DNA of 64,000 nt from an uncultured virus (IMG/VR IMGVR_UViG_3300034200_001950). Taxonomy: Duplodnaviria; Heunggongvirae; Uroviricota; Caudoviricetes. Positions 10,407 to 20,421 of the stretch are shown here, one piece after another. Positions within the stretch are counted from its first letter, which is position 1. Each line of letters opens with the position of its first letter. Location of the stretch: IMG/VR virus record IMGVR_UViG_3300034200_001950, one strand, 5' to 3'. A program made the translations under genes and the position numbers. The notes under the pieces were generated by a model. That model worked only from the letters and a program-made list of their open reading frames with translations. It was not told the DNA's origin and searched no databases.

Positions 10407-11322
10407 TATTGTAAATTCCTCTTTGATCTGTATCTATCATATTAGCTAGCTTATTATATAATTTGTATGACTTCTTAATTTTTTTTAAATAAAATTTGTT
10501 AGTTATTAAGTACGCCTTTACATCTTGATTAACCGTACTTCTATAGTTAATATTGTCAACTCTTGGATGTGTTTTTTCAATCGTTGCAAAAGGTAAATTG
10601 TATTTTTTAGAAAAATACTTTAATATATAATTATTTGTTTCATTTTTACTTAAATAATCTTGATACATACTTAGAACTTGCTCAAAGCTTATAAAATAAA
10701 TTTTGTCATAATTTTTTATATTAAATTCAAAGTATCTATTGTAGAATTTAACTGCACTTTTTATTATTTGTTTGTTTATTTTATTTTTACTTTCGAATAA
10801 ATCTTTATTTATTTCGTTATCAGAGATAGATCTACTTATAAAAGAACAAAGAGTGTCGTGAGGCTCTCTTAAGGTACTGACCACTATCTCCCCTTTTTTA
10901 ATCTTTTCTTCAGTGAAAGCCACTACGTGTACCATTGCATCTGGCATTATCAGCGTGGGAAATACTTCAAGAAAGATTGCTCTTAGAGATGTATTGCCTT
11001 GTCTTGGAAAGCTGTCTATATGGAATATATATTTGCTATTTCCATTTTCTCTTCTTAGAGTATAGTGAGATTTTGTTTTCTTTGCTAGTTGTAAGTTTTC
11101 TACCCATTTATTGTTTTTTATATTATAGCTCCAATGCCCTGCATCTGGCGTATTTTTTTGAAACAAAGATATAAAAATTCTTACTTTAAGAATAATATTT
11201 TGTATACCAAATATATTTATGGCTTTATATATTGTTCTTACAATATACTGTCTGCTAATTTTTTTTTGCTTGGTTTGGTTAGTAGCTTGATCTTGTAATG
11301 GAAAGTTGCTCTGAGTGCTCAT
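10396..11322 (-). CDS. Sulfotransferase-like protein (very AT-rich)
   Basis: IDSFPRQGNT resembles the 5'-PSB loop; LREPHDTLCS resembles the 3'-PB motif. Confidence 0.55.
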   Translation of the reverse strand: MSTQSNFPLQDQATNQTKQKKISRQYIVRTIYKAINIFGIQNIILKVRIFISLFQKNTPDAGHWSYNIKNNKWVENLQLAKKTKSHYTLRRENGNSKYIFHIDSFPRQGNTSLRAIFLEVFPTLIMPDAMVHVVAFTEEKIKKGEIVVSTLREPHDTLCSFISRSISDNEINKDLFESKNKINKQIIKSAVKFYNRYFEFNIKNYDKIYFISFEQVLSMYQDYLSKNETNNYILKYFSKKYNLPFATIEKTHPRVDNINYRSTVNQDVKAYLITNKFYLKKIKKSYKLYNKLANMIDTDQRGIYNNGI

Positions 11323-12160
11323 CGTAGCCTTTCGAAATTAAATACTCTTTAAAGTCTTTTGCCAAGCTTGGCATATAGAGATTGGTGTCATGGATCGCTG
11401 ACTCTGGATTCTTTATTGGATCAGTCACGCTTTCATGCACAGCTGGGTTAGGCGTACCTTGACTATACCAACCAAGATAACTATATCTTTTGCCTTCTGT
11501 TACTTTTCTTACTTCATGAGCTGCCATATAGTTAGACGGAAACATAAGTATGTCTCCTCTCTTCGGTTTGTATTCTATATCAAAATAATTAAAATAGTGA
11601 CTACCGCCAACAAAATTGGAACCATTTAATTCATCTACAGAGTCAACGCTATCATTTAAATAGATTAAATTTGTTATTATATTTCTCAAAGCAAGTTGAT
11701 CAGTAGGTTCTAGGATCCCATATATATAATCAGCACTTATATCGGAATGAGAACCAAGGTAAACATCCTTATTGTATTCAAGAAAATGGCCCTTTACTTT
11801 CCACCAAACACACTTATAGGCTAATGGAAATATTTCTAAGTACTTCAATAAATACTTGTCTTTAGTCTCTTCCATGAATTTAAGCCATTGCATAATTTCT
11901 GGATCTTTATTATAGTGAGCAGCGGATGCCCTTCTTGGCATCAAGTTTATGCTATCTTTACCGTAAAAGTACCCACTCTTATTAACAAAAATTTCTTCGT
12001 TTGTTTCTGGGTCGATCCCTGGCACGTACATATCAGACCATTCTGATTCGACCAAAGAAGCAGTAGTTTGGATAGCCCAATCCCAATCTAGGTCTATAGC
12101 ACCGGGAAAAAGAATAACACCATTGGTAAGATTTACTGCTTCTACATTATTGTTTATCAT
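11279..12160 (-). CDS. 2OG-Fe(II) oxygenase (P4H-like)
   Basis: HSD...IYLND...FPSNYMAAHEV..V..GKRY. Confidence 0.85.
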   Translation of the reverse strand: MINNNVEAVNLTNGVILFPGAIDLDWDWAIQTTASLVESEWSDMYVPGIDPETNEEIFVNKSGYFYGKDSINLMPRRASAAHYNKDPEIMQWLKFMEETKDKYLLKYLEIFPLAYKCVWWKVKGHFLEYNKDVYLGSHSDISADYIYGILEPTDQLALRNIITNLIYLNDSVDSVDELNGSNFVGGSHYFNYFDIEYKPKRGDILMFPSNYMAAHEVRKVTEGKRYSYLGWYSQGTPNPAVHESVTDPIKNPESAIHDTNLYMPSLAKDFKEYLISKGYDEHSEQLSITRSSY

Positions 12161-13081
12161 AATTGAACCTTTGCTTTATCTACTTCTTGTGTCGTTTTGT
12201 CGCTTGTATTGATTCGGTTAGTCGGCCTATATAGCTCTGAGTTATCTTCTTCCGAACCTTTGTATTTACTATCAAGATAAGATATATAATCATTAAACAG
12301 CTCAGGTATCCAAACCTGTCCGCTGTCTATTATATCACTCTTGTCTCTTATGTTGATACCTCTATCTATGTCAGATGAACCTTGGGCAAAGTAGCCTACA
12401 TATCCGTATCTTGATCCTTCAGTGCATGGCTCGACCTCATGTGTTGCCAAATAGTTTGAAGGAAACATTATTATATCACCAGCTTTAGGTGAATACCTAA
12501 CATTCGCATATGGGAAAACTATGTCTCCACCAGAGTATTGGTGCTTGCTTACATCCGGGTTTGATTCAACTGAATCATTAAAATAAATAATAGCGCCGCA
12601 AACGTTTCTAATAGCGAGCTGTTGGTCAGGGACAAAACCTGGTTTATAGTTTACGTCATTATCACAATGAAGACCAAAAGAACTTCCTGGTCCGTAAGCA
12701 ACTATGTGGCCTTGGGTTCTCCACCATAAACAAGGGAGAATCATAGGGAAAATCTCAATATATTTTAACAAGCTTTGGTATATTGAGTCTTCACATTTCT
12801 TAAAAAACTCAATATATACAGGGTCTACATTTGGAGTAGCAAACTCCATTATATGACTGCAAGATGACTCTATGTCTTCTAGAGCGTATCTATGACCAGA
12901 CCTATTAACCGCATGAGTTGCAATGTTATTCTGATCATATATTATAGTGTAATCTTTTTTAATTGCTTCTTCTTTTAATGAAGCCAAGTAGGGCACTATT
13001 AACTCTTGGTCAATGTCAATTGCTTTTTTGAATAAAACTATCCCGATTGCCTAGTTGCTCTATAGCTGGTTCAGCGTTCAT
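12157..13081 (-). CDS. 2OG-Fe(II) oxygenase (P4H-like), 307 aa after +1 shift at CGG (13043..13045)
   Basis: ATG at 13081 abuts the upstream gene; AAT-C-GGG restores QLGNGIVLFKKAIDID matching paralogues; HCD...H...R motifs. Confidence 0.85.
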
Positions 13082-13082
13082 T

Positions 13083-14201
13083 TTATATTATCTTTTGTGC
13101 GTCTGTTCCACAAGGGCCCTCTAAAGAAGGTTCATTTTGTTGGCTATTTGATTCAGATTCTTTTGCAGCAATCTCTACCGTATCGTGAGTAGTATTATAT
13201 TGTGCTACTTCTCTTCCTTGGTAAACCGGGTTCCAACCTAATTCTACGTTATTTTTTTCTGCGTTTTCCCAAATAGAATATTCTGATTTACAATACTTTT
13301 CATAGTCATCATATATATCATTAAACCAAACCGGTGGACACCATTCGAAGCTTTGATCTGGTTCAGATATAACAACGTTTGCAGTTAAGTCACTAGCCCC
13401 TTGGCCAAAAAATGTTAAATAAGAATACCTAACACCTTTGCCCATTTTACTAACTTGATGAGCTGCAACATAGTTTGTTGGGAAGAAAATAATGTCGCCC
13501 TTTTTTGGTTCATAAGATATACCTAAGTGTACAAAAGCAAGGTTGCCACCAGTAAAGTTTTTGCCATCTAACTCTTCTTCTGAAGAGACACAGTCATTTA
13601 GATATAGCAACGCGCCACATGTTTGTCTTGATGCAACCATGCCTCGTGGCATGTACCTAACACCTTTGGTGACTTTATAATTGGTATCATTGTCAGCGTG
13701 ACAGCCGAGTATTCCACCATCTCCGTATCTTAATACGTGCCCTCTAGTCTTCCACCAAATACTTCCAACCATTAGCGGATATTGATCTATGTATTTAATT
13801 AAAGCCTTATATATCTGTTCTTCTAAATAAACAAAATAATCTTTTATATTGCTTTCGGTTTCTGAGTTTACTGGATCAAGAATTCTTACTGGAGTGTTAG
13901 GAACATCTTCTGGTCTATATCTAAAACCGTCTTCATTAATGCCAAACTTATTTCCATCTTCGTCTTCTATCCAAGTCCATCTATTGGCGTGTGCTGCCTC
14001 TGCTCTAGAATCAATATGAGGCAAGATGAGATCTTGTCTTGGGTCGAACGCGTTACGTGCAACCATGATTCCTGGCCCAAGGATCTCTATCTCTAAATCA
14101 GCAATCTCTTTTATCTCAACGTCTGTTATTTTTGGCGATACTGGATAAGCTGTGTCGCTTATCTTTTTTCCTTTTTCTGGAATAGAAGAATCGTAGCTCA
14201 T
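13083..14201 (-). CDS. 2OG-Fe(II) oxygenase (P4H-like)
   Basis: HAD...LYLND...FPTNYVAAHQV...GVRY. Confidence 0.85.
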   Translation of the reverse strand: MSYDSSIPEKGKKISDTAYPVSPKITDVEIKEIADLEIEILGPGIMVARNAFDPRQDLILPHIDSRAEAAHANRWTWIEDEDGNKFGINEDGFRYRPEDVPNTPVRILDPVNSETESNIKDYFVYLEEQIYKALIKYIDQYPLMVGSIWWKTRGHVLRYGDGGILGCHADNDTNYKVTKGVRYMPRGMVASRQTCGALLYLNDCVSSEEELDGKNFTGGNLAFVHLGISYEPKKGDIIFFPTNYVAAHQVSKMGKGVRYSYLTFFGQGASDLTANVVISEPDQSFEWCPPVWFNDIYDDYEKYCKSEYSIWENAEKNNVELGWNPVYQGREVAQYNTTHDTVEIAAKESESNSQQNEPSLEGPCGTDAQKII

Positions 14202-14812
14202 CCTAAAATCTCATCCAATGCTTCTCTTATTGTCCAGCCAGCACCCATCACTCTTGGTATTTCATCTAGTGGCATATCTTGCCAGTTGAAGCGAGATATC
14301 ATTCTACCGTCACCGCTAACTATAAACTTTTCGTATCCATGAGGAATTCTAGCTATAGCTTGTCCAGCTAAGTTCTGGCCCTTCTGAGCTGCGTCTGATT
14401 GGTCTGCAGCGGTGTCAGAGTAGTTTCTTTTTTCGTTGCCTTTTAGCGCAGAAAAAAGAGGATGTTCATTTTTTCCATTTACATCTACTTTTTCAAAAAA
14501 CGGAAATGTTACAAAAGGGTAGTACTCTTTTATGAACGCACTTATTTCTTCGTTAGTTCCAGGCTCTGTCGCAGCAAATTGATTACAAGGGAATGCTAGG
14601 ACAGAAAAGCCTCTATCTTTAAACTCATCATGGACTTTTTGTAGTTGCCAAAATTGTCTACATGTTCTTGCGTAAGACCAGAATCTTGAACACTTTGGGT
14701 CATAACCAGCCTTACTAGAAACATTGACCATTAAGGTCACCTTACCTTCGTATGGTAGAAGTGCGTTCTCTTCTCCGTCTATCGATCTAATTGGTATATT
14801 ATATATTGACAT
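14198..14812 (-). CDS. Glutathione peroxidase-like protein (atypical active site)
   Basis: LMVNVSSKAG, GFSVLAFPCNQF..EPG, KVDVNG..HPLF, EKFIV. Confidence 0.85.
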   Translation of the reverse strand: MSIYNIPIRSIDGEENALLPYEGKVTLMVNVSSKAGYDPKCSRFWSYARTCRQFWQLQKVHDEFKDRGFSVLAFPCNQFAATEPGTNEEISAFIKEYYPFVTFPFFEKVDVNGKNEHPLFSALKGNEKRNYSDTAADQSDAAQKGQNLAGQAIARIPHGYEKFIVSGDGRMISRFNWQDMPLDEIPRVMGAGWTIREALDEILG

Positions 14813-15101
14813 TATTATACTCTGCCTTAAAATCTAGTTTTGGGTACTCATCAACCTGTACGGTGCCTATGATGGAATCTTCTGTGTGTGTTCCTCTTAT
14901 GGAAATTTGCGCTTTTTGCGGGGTATCCACACTGAAATTTATTTGCAGACTTCCATTATCATACTTGCCGTTTTCAAAACTTGCCGAACCCATGTCCGTC
15001 CAAATCTTTCCTGATAAAGATGGGGAAATTTCTTCTATTGCAAGGTTATATTTTTCTTCCCCAAAAGGGGTCTTTACTGCCAAGGTCCATTTGCCGATCA
15101 T
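14799..15101 (-). CDS. Hypothetical beta-rich protein
   Basis: 100 aa; GKWTLAVKTPFG start; AAGGA RBS. Confidence 0.65.
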   Translation of the reverse strand: MIGKWTLAVKTPFGEEKYNLAIEEISPSLSGKIWTDMGSASFENGKYDNGSLQINFSVDTPQKAQISIRGTHTEDSIIGTVQVDEYPKLDFKAEYNNVNI

Positions 15102-15198
15102 AAAATCCTTTTTGCCAAAATGTTATTTTACCAATTATAACACAAACACCGTCAAAAGATAATATCTACTCAAAATATATTTTTACTATTAAGTGAAA

Positions 15199-15801
15199 TT
15201 ATTTTTTATCCCAGTATGGTGTCCAATCTGGATTTAAGGTTAATGTTGGATCTTTTGGAGAAAAATTAGCACTAATGACAACACGATCTTCGTCGATGTT
15301 GTTGTGCCTATTTGTCATGTGGGGGATGAAAGAATTAAAAATAATCAATAATCCATCTTCTGCTTTAATAAAAACTGAGCTTTCTAATGTGTTGCATGCT
15401 GTAATCTTAAACTGAACATCAGAGCTACCAACCGGAACGTTAACGTAGTATGCAATTGAGTAATATTCAGAAGGATGTAAGTGGCTGTTTGATTTATGGG
15501 AATGGTATCCAACTGATTGGCCATTCTTAAGAGTCAAAGTCCATATTTCAGTTAACAACATTTCGCGACCAATGGCTGAGCTTACTTCGCTAGATAAAGA
15601 ATTTACGAGCTTATTACACTCTAGACCATCAAATGGAAATGTTTGATCTTCATAAGATTGAATCTTATCTAAATTAAAACTATCATTTAAACTTTTAGAA
15701 TATTTTTTAATCTCTTTATAAATTTTATTATTATCAATATATTTTAATTTTTTTTTATATATTCCTATATTTAATAATGATTGAAACTCAAAATCATTCA
15801 T
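15199..15801 (-). CDS. Putative 2OG-Fe(II) oxygenase
   Basis: HSH...SIAYYV...IFNSFIPH...RVVISAN. Confidence 0.7.
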   Translation of the reverse strand: MNDFEFQSLLNIGIYKKKLKYIDNNKIYKEIKKYSKSLNDSFNLDKIQSYEDQTFPFDGLECNKLVNSLSSEVSSAIGREMLLTEIWTLTLKNGQSVGYHSHKSNSHLHPSEYYSIAYYVNVPVGSSDVQFKITACNTLESSVFIKAEDGLLIIFNSFIPHMTNRHNNIDEDRVVISANFSPKDPTLTLNPDWTPYWDKK

Positions 15802-16459
15802 AAAAAAACTCTCCAAGAGACAATGCTAAAGGTGGATTGTCTTTATGCCAAACGTTTATAACCATTACTTGTCTAATACCAGAATTTGCTGGGGTTGTTC
15901 CGTGGATAACGTGGCCGGCATCTAGTATCACTAATCTGTTACCTTTATAAGCTATTCTTTCTCTTTCTTCTATCGGTGATATCTTAATGCTATCTTTTTC
16001 TAAAGCTTCATATGATCCATCAATTAAAGTATGTCTGTGAATTTCTAAAAACCCACCATCTGGGTTGTCGCATCCATATAATATTGCACCGTTTACTGGC
16101 CCGGTAAATACTTTATCTCTAGCATAAAGGAAAGTATCTTCATCTACGTGTGTTGCAAGAAATTGTCCAGCTCTATAAGTTCTGGTCCAATATTCAAAAC
16201 CAAGTATATCGTCATGCTGGTACTCTAAACGGCTACCCCATATACTTTGTATTATCTGTTTTTTTAATGTATTAGCTGGACTATTCCACCAACCATCCCA
16301 AAACATGTACGGGGCATAGCAGCTTGCTTGTTCATAATGGTAGCTATTCAGCTCTGTAGCTATTTGGTCTCCACCACCCATTGATTCAGGATAAAAGTTG
16401 AGATCTTCTAACATCTTTGAATGAAGGTCTTTATTTAAAAAATTATCTAATACAATCAT
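15794..16459 (-). CDS. Putative 2OG-Fe(II) oxygenase
   Basis: FEYWTR..HVDED...GGFL...NRLVILD..H...R.VMVINVW. Confidence 0.75.
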   Translation of the reverse strand: MIVLDNFLNKDLHSKMLEDLNFYPESMGGGDQIATELNSYHYEQASCYAPYMFWDGWWNSPANTLKKQIIQSIWGSRLEYQHDDILGFEYWTRTYRAGQFLATHVDEDTFLYARDKVFTGPVNGAILYGCDNPDGGFLEIHRHTLIDGSYEALEKDSIKISPIEERERIAYKGNRLVILDAGHVIHGTTPANSGIRQVMVINVWHKDNPPLALSLGEFFYE

Positions 16460-17022
16460 CTACTGCTCCAACTGGTGTTGTCAAATACCCAATATTCAAA
16501 ATCTATCCCTGGATCCCAAACTGGAGAAGCTAAATCCAAAACTTTTTTCCATCCAGTCTTTGCTGCATAGGCTAAAGATCTACTGTTGGATTTCATAATC
16601 CAAGAACCACAAACATTATAACCTAATTCAGTTCTTTTTTTTAATGAATCTTTTCCAATTTGTTTGACCATATCAGAACCTCTTGCTGCTTTTTCTGCAA
16701 AAATATAAACACAAGGATTTTCGTCTTTTTTTGATGTATTTAAAGAAGTTTGTTTTTGGTTTATACTAAGAACATCTGAATCGTACAATAAATATGATAT
16801 CACAAAATTATTATCTTTGTCTAATGCGTACTGCGCAAGTGGCATGACTTCTATGGCTTTAATCCACCAGTCTATCGTTCTTGTTTCTAACCTAGAAGCT
16901 ATTTGAGACGCGCTAAAGCCATTATTTGCAGCTATTGTAGGCCAACACTGAGACCATACGGACGAAAATATAGTGGCGTGCTCTATAGATGGGGTTGCTT
17001 CAAATACAGATATCCCCTGCAT
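16456..17022 (-). CDS. GNAT-like acetyltransferase
   Basis: ARGS motif A-like segment, WIMKSNSRSLAYAAKTGW motif B-like segment. Confidence 0.55.
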   Translation of the reverse strand: MQGISVFEATPSIEHATIFSSVWSQCWPTIAANNGFSASQIASRLETRTIDWWIKAIEVMPLAQYALDKDNNFVISYLLYDSDVLSINQKQTSLNTSKKDENPCVYIFAEKAARGSDMVKQIGKDSLKKRTELGYNVCGSWIMKSNSRSLAYAAKTGWKKVLDLASPVWDPGIDFEYWVFDNTSWSSR

Positions 17023-17029
17023 AAGCCAC

Positions 17030-17755
17030 TTAGTCCTTAATTAGTACGGTAAAACCTGTTCCAGTAGATATATGATATGATTTAGAATTATCTATAGACT
17101 TAATTAATTTAGCCAAATCATCATACAAATCTGTTTCGGGTGTTACGTATGTAGTTTGGTAATTATTGTTGTCCAAGAAAATCATGACACCACCAGATGG
17201 TAATGAATTAAATATATTTTGCACTATTTCTGTATTGGGATCTGACACTAAAGCCTGGCTATTGAAAACAACTACGTTTACATCTACGGGCAATATCCCT
17301 TCTTCTACTTCTAAATAATCAAAAGTGTTTAAAGGGGTTGGGCCATTAAGCCAATTATTTTCTGATCTATAAAGATCTTCGTCAATTGGTACATAAACAG
17401 GACATGATAATAAGCTATCTAAGTAGTTATGAGGAGAAACCATAAAGCCTAATTTAAGAAATAAAACTCCAGTTGGTTTTGCTAATTTCAGTAGCATCTC
17501 TAACTGCAGGGCACTAAAGCGTGCAACTGCCATGGCGTCAGTGTGCCCATTACTTACCTGTTCATAACCATAAAAGCTGTTTGGGAATGCACCGATTGAC
17601 TCTACGGACCTATCTGCTTCTAGCCCAATCTCATTAGCAAATACTGAGGAAGCCATATCTATCAAATCTTGTTCTGAAATAATTTCGTCATAATGACTGT
17701 TGCTATATTCGACAGACTTAAGCATTGATGTAAATAGATTTAATCTTTGGGCCAT
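17030..17755 (-). CDS. Methyltransferase-like protein (degenerate class I fold)
   Basis: LKLAKPTGVL...SLPSGGVMIFLDN...GTGFTVLIK resembles O-methyltransferases. Confidence 0.45.
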   Translation of the reverse strand: MAQRLNLFTSMLKSVEYSNSHYDEIISEQDLIDMASSVFANEIGLEADRSVESIGAFPNSFYGYEQVSNGHTDAMAVARFSALQLEMLLKLAKPTGVLFLKLGFMVSPHNYLDSLLSCPVYVPIDEDLYRSENNWLNGPTPLNTFDYLEVEEGILPVDVNVVVFNSQALVSDPNTEIVQNIFNSLPSGGVMIFLDNNNYQTTYVTPETDLYDDLAKLIKSIDNSKSYHISTGTGFTVLIKD

Positions 17756-17757
17756 TT

Positions 17758-18015
17758 TTATGCTCTTTTCTTTATTAGCTTATAATAATACAAGTTTTCT
17801 TGACATGCTTTTATTATTCTTTTACGCTCTTTAGTTATTGTACTAGTTGCGTTTCTGTCCGACCCTGATAGTAAAGGATAAGTTTCCTCTACCGCTGCTA
17901 TAAGTTCTTGTGGCGTAATTGTTCCAAGCCTATTTTCTTCAATTCCTAAAGAAAGGAAAAGCGCAAGCAAGTTTGCAGCTATTTTAGCTTCGTGTTGTTC
18001 TTTATTGTATTTCAT
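17758..18015 (-). CDS. Hypothetical protein
   Basis: 85 aa in tightly packed operon. Confidence 0.65.
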   Translation of the reverse strand: MKYNKEQHEAKIAANLLALFLSLGIEENRLGTITPQELIAAVEETYPLLSGSDRNATSTITKERKRIIKACQENLYYYKLIKKRA

Positions 18016-18017
18016 TA

Positions 18018-18251
18018 TTAAGCTCCATTTTCTTGTGAAGTAAATAATTCACTTCCAACAGCAATATTATGACACAGAACGCATGAGTGGCTGTGGTCGG
18101 TTGAGTTTAAGTGCTCATCTATAGAGCTTTGCGTTATGGCAAGAACTTCTTCGTTGGATAAATTAATCATAGAATCATAAAATAAATTATTTTTTTCAGC
18201 TTCTATTTGCATCGTATTTATCTTTGATTGCGGGATCTCAAGCTTTGCCAT
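18018..18251 (-). CDS. Hypothetical protein
   Basis: 77 aa in tightly packed operon; HSHSCVLCH. Confidence 0.6.
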   Translation of the reverse strand: MAKLEIPQSKINTMQIEAEKNNLFYDSMINLSNEEVLAITQSSIDEHLNSTDHSHSCVLCHNIAVGSELFTSQENGA

Positions 18252-18503
18252 TTAGCTACCTTGCCTTAATGCTTTTATTTCTTCTATTAAATTATAAGCT
18301 ACTATTGATGGAGCATACTTTAACGCGCCCAGGCTCAAAGGGTAAGCTGCGTCTTGCTCATTAGGGACTGGTATATTACCATCTACCGGGATGGAGTCTG
18401 GGTCGATGCCTAAATCCAATAACAGCTTATATAATACTGTTTCTTTAGCCTTAATGCTATTTGCTTTTGCTTTGGCTTTCTGCGCGTCTGATAAATTAAA
18501 CAT
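18252..18503 (-). CDS. Hypothetical protein
   Basis: 83 aa in tightly packed operon. Confidence 0.65.
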   Translation of the reverse strand: MFNLSDAQKAKAKANSIKAKETVLYKLLLDLGIDPDSIPVDGNIPVPNEQDAAYPLSLGALKYAPSIVAYNLIEEIKALRQGS

Positions 18504-18828
18504 TGTGTCCTAACTCCTTTATTGTTTTCCTGCACTGTTTTACGGAAGTAACTAAAAAATCGACTCGAGCATGAAGTTCGACTAAGGGATTTAAGTGCCT
18601 TTTTTCTGAAGACATAACTCCATTTACTTCTTCCCAAGCTTTAGTTTCTTCGTTAAAAAACCTATCTTCAAAAAATTTAAAATCTTTTTCTGGTATAAAA
18701 GATTCTATCGTGAAATCTTTTAACAATACGGGCTCTCTTAGAATAATTTTTTGAAGCTTTTCTTCTGTTTCTTCTAAGGCAATTTTTGCTAGATTAAGTT
18801 TTTCAATTCTTTCAATAGTAAAAAACAT
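18496..18828 (-). CDS. Hypothetical protein
   Basis: AGGAG RBS before ATG at 18828; TTACTATA motif at 18869. Confidence 0.65.
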   Translation of the reverse strand: MFFTIERIEKLNLAKIALEETEEKLQKIILREPVLLKDFTIESFIPEKDFKFFEDRFFNEETKAWEEVNGVMSSEKRHLNPLVELHARVDFLVTSVKQCRKTIKELGHNV

Positions 18829-18898
18829 TATACTCCTAAAGCTCAGTTGGCAGTATCTCACCCTGCACTATAGTAAAGCGTTTTCAAGTGATCACAAC

Positions 18899-19603
18899 CT
18901 ATTCAGGCTCATTAAAAGATGGAAGGCCGGAAAACGATGGACCGATACTATTACCCTTTGCGTCTAATCCGGTCTTAATCCCTTTAGTCCATGTCCATGG
19001 ATTCTCTGTATTGTTCTTCATTTTCATTTCCCCATATTCTGCCCTATCGTTCATCAACTGGTGTTTGTCCCATAGATTTTCTACTTTAAACTCTACCGAT
19101 TCTAATAGTGTATTATCATATATGTTAAAGAAACAGAATGGTGAGCCGGCTGGAAAAGTTACTGGTTCACCTATTTTTGTAATCTTCCAATTCATTTGAG
19201 ATTCATCTGGCCACCATGAGCTAGGTATAGTCGCAGTCAAAGCAGAAGCCCCATCTAAAAAGTAGTTAGGGGATCCGGACATCCAGAGAGAGTAACCTGG
19301 CTCGGTGTTTATTGCCCAACCCATATTAATAGAAACCATACCTATAATTGATGCGTTAGCCTGCTCTCTGCCAGATGCCGTAGTTTGCCCAGACAATATC
19401 ACTGGCGGAGTGTTGCCACCGTCCCATTGGACCACTAGGTCTTCCTCCATTTGAAGTTCCCAGCCATATACGTTAGCTACCGTCATAGGCATACATTGAT
19501 AGGCGTGCTTCTTGTATGTTTCGTCCATCCAATCTCTTCTAATTTGTGATTGCTTTATAACTGGCGGGCTTTGATGGGTTTTTGTTAATGTAACTATTGT
19601 CAT
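18899..19603 (-). CDS. DUF6065-like protein
   Basis: RDWMDET..HAYQCMPMTVANVYGWEL; GSPN; FPAGSPFCF. Confidence 0.7.
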   Translation of the reverse strand: MTIVTLTKTHQSPPVIKQSQIRRDWMDETYKKHAYQCMPMTVANVYGWELQMEEDLVVQWDGGNTPPVILSGQTTASGREQANASIIGMVSINMGWAINTEPGYSLWMSGSPNYFLDGASALTATIPSSWWPDESQMNWKITKIGEPVTFPAGSPFCFFNIYDNTLLESVEFKVENLWDKHQLMNDRAEYGEMKMKNNTENPWTWTKGIKTGLDAKGNSIGPSFSGLPSFNEPE

Positions 19604-20322
19604 TCTGTTATTCCTTTTAAGATCGGGTCATTTGACCCTTTGGCAATTACTGTATCTTTGCTATCAACACTCTTTTGTTCCGGCGCATTTGAACCATAAG
19701 AAGTATTTTTATGGTTAGCGTCATTGTAGTCGAACATTGTGACAGCAGCATACTTTACCCCGCTTGTAACTTTAAGCGATGCGTGTGCAAAAATATAAGT
19801 TGATGGAAACAAAACTATGTCTCCATATTCTGGCTTAAACTTTATGTCCAAGTAAGGAAACCACAGTTCCCCTCCTTCGTAATCATCATTCAGGTACATG
19901 ACAGAAGATAGTGTGCAGCTGTAAGAAAAACCATGATCGCTATGCACAGAAAAGTGCTGACCAGGCTGGTATCTAACAAAATTTATAGCTTCCATGAATT
20001 CCATTTTAAAATTATATCTAGATTCGTAATGGTTTAGGCAAGGTGTTAAGCAGTTGTTTATATCGTCGTACACTGCTTTTACTTCTTTAAACTGTTCAGT
20101 TAAATATGGCCAATGAGCTGGGCTAATTTTTAGATCAACACAATCCCTATACTCTGGCATTTTTGTGTTATAGCCAACCATTGCTTCTGACCATTTAAAT
20201 AGCTGATCAGTACTGTTGCCTATGGTTTCTTCTAGTCTTTCAGATGTTCTCAAATCTTTTGATATAGCGTTCTTATATAAATGAAACCCAAGCTTTGGAT
20301 CGCCAACATGAAAGTATTCCAT
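19600..20322 (-). CDS. Prolyl 4-hydroxylase-like 2OG-Fe(II) oxygenase
   Basis: RYQPGQHFSVHSD...YLNDDYEGGEL...FPS...H...V.SGVKY; AGGAG RBS before ATG at 20322. Confidence 0.9.
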   Translation of the reverse strand: MEYFHVGDPKLGFHLYKNAISKDLRTSERLEETIGNSTDQLFKWSEAMVGYNTKMPEYRDCVDLKISPAHWPYLTEQFKEVKAVYDDINNCLTPCLNHYESRYNFKMEFMEAINFVRYQPGQHFSVHSDHGFSYSCTLSSVMYLNDDYEGGELWFPYLDIKFKPEYGDIVLFPSTYIFAHASLKVTSGVKYAAVTMFDYNDANHKNTSYGSNAPEQKSVDSKDTVIAKGSNDPILKGITE

Positions 20323-20421
20323 AAATTTCTCCTTCTTATGGATAGGGGTTAGTTCTAGATGATACACTATACCATAGGACATGCCCAGGAAACAACACCA
20401 TTTTTACCAAGAAGGAAGACT

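Noticed and set aside
14700..14720. Selenocysteine in the GPx-like gene
   Set aside because: The codon at the catalytic position is GCT (Ala), not TGA
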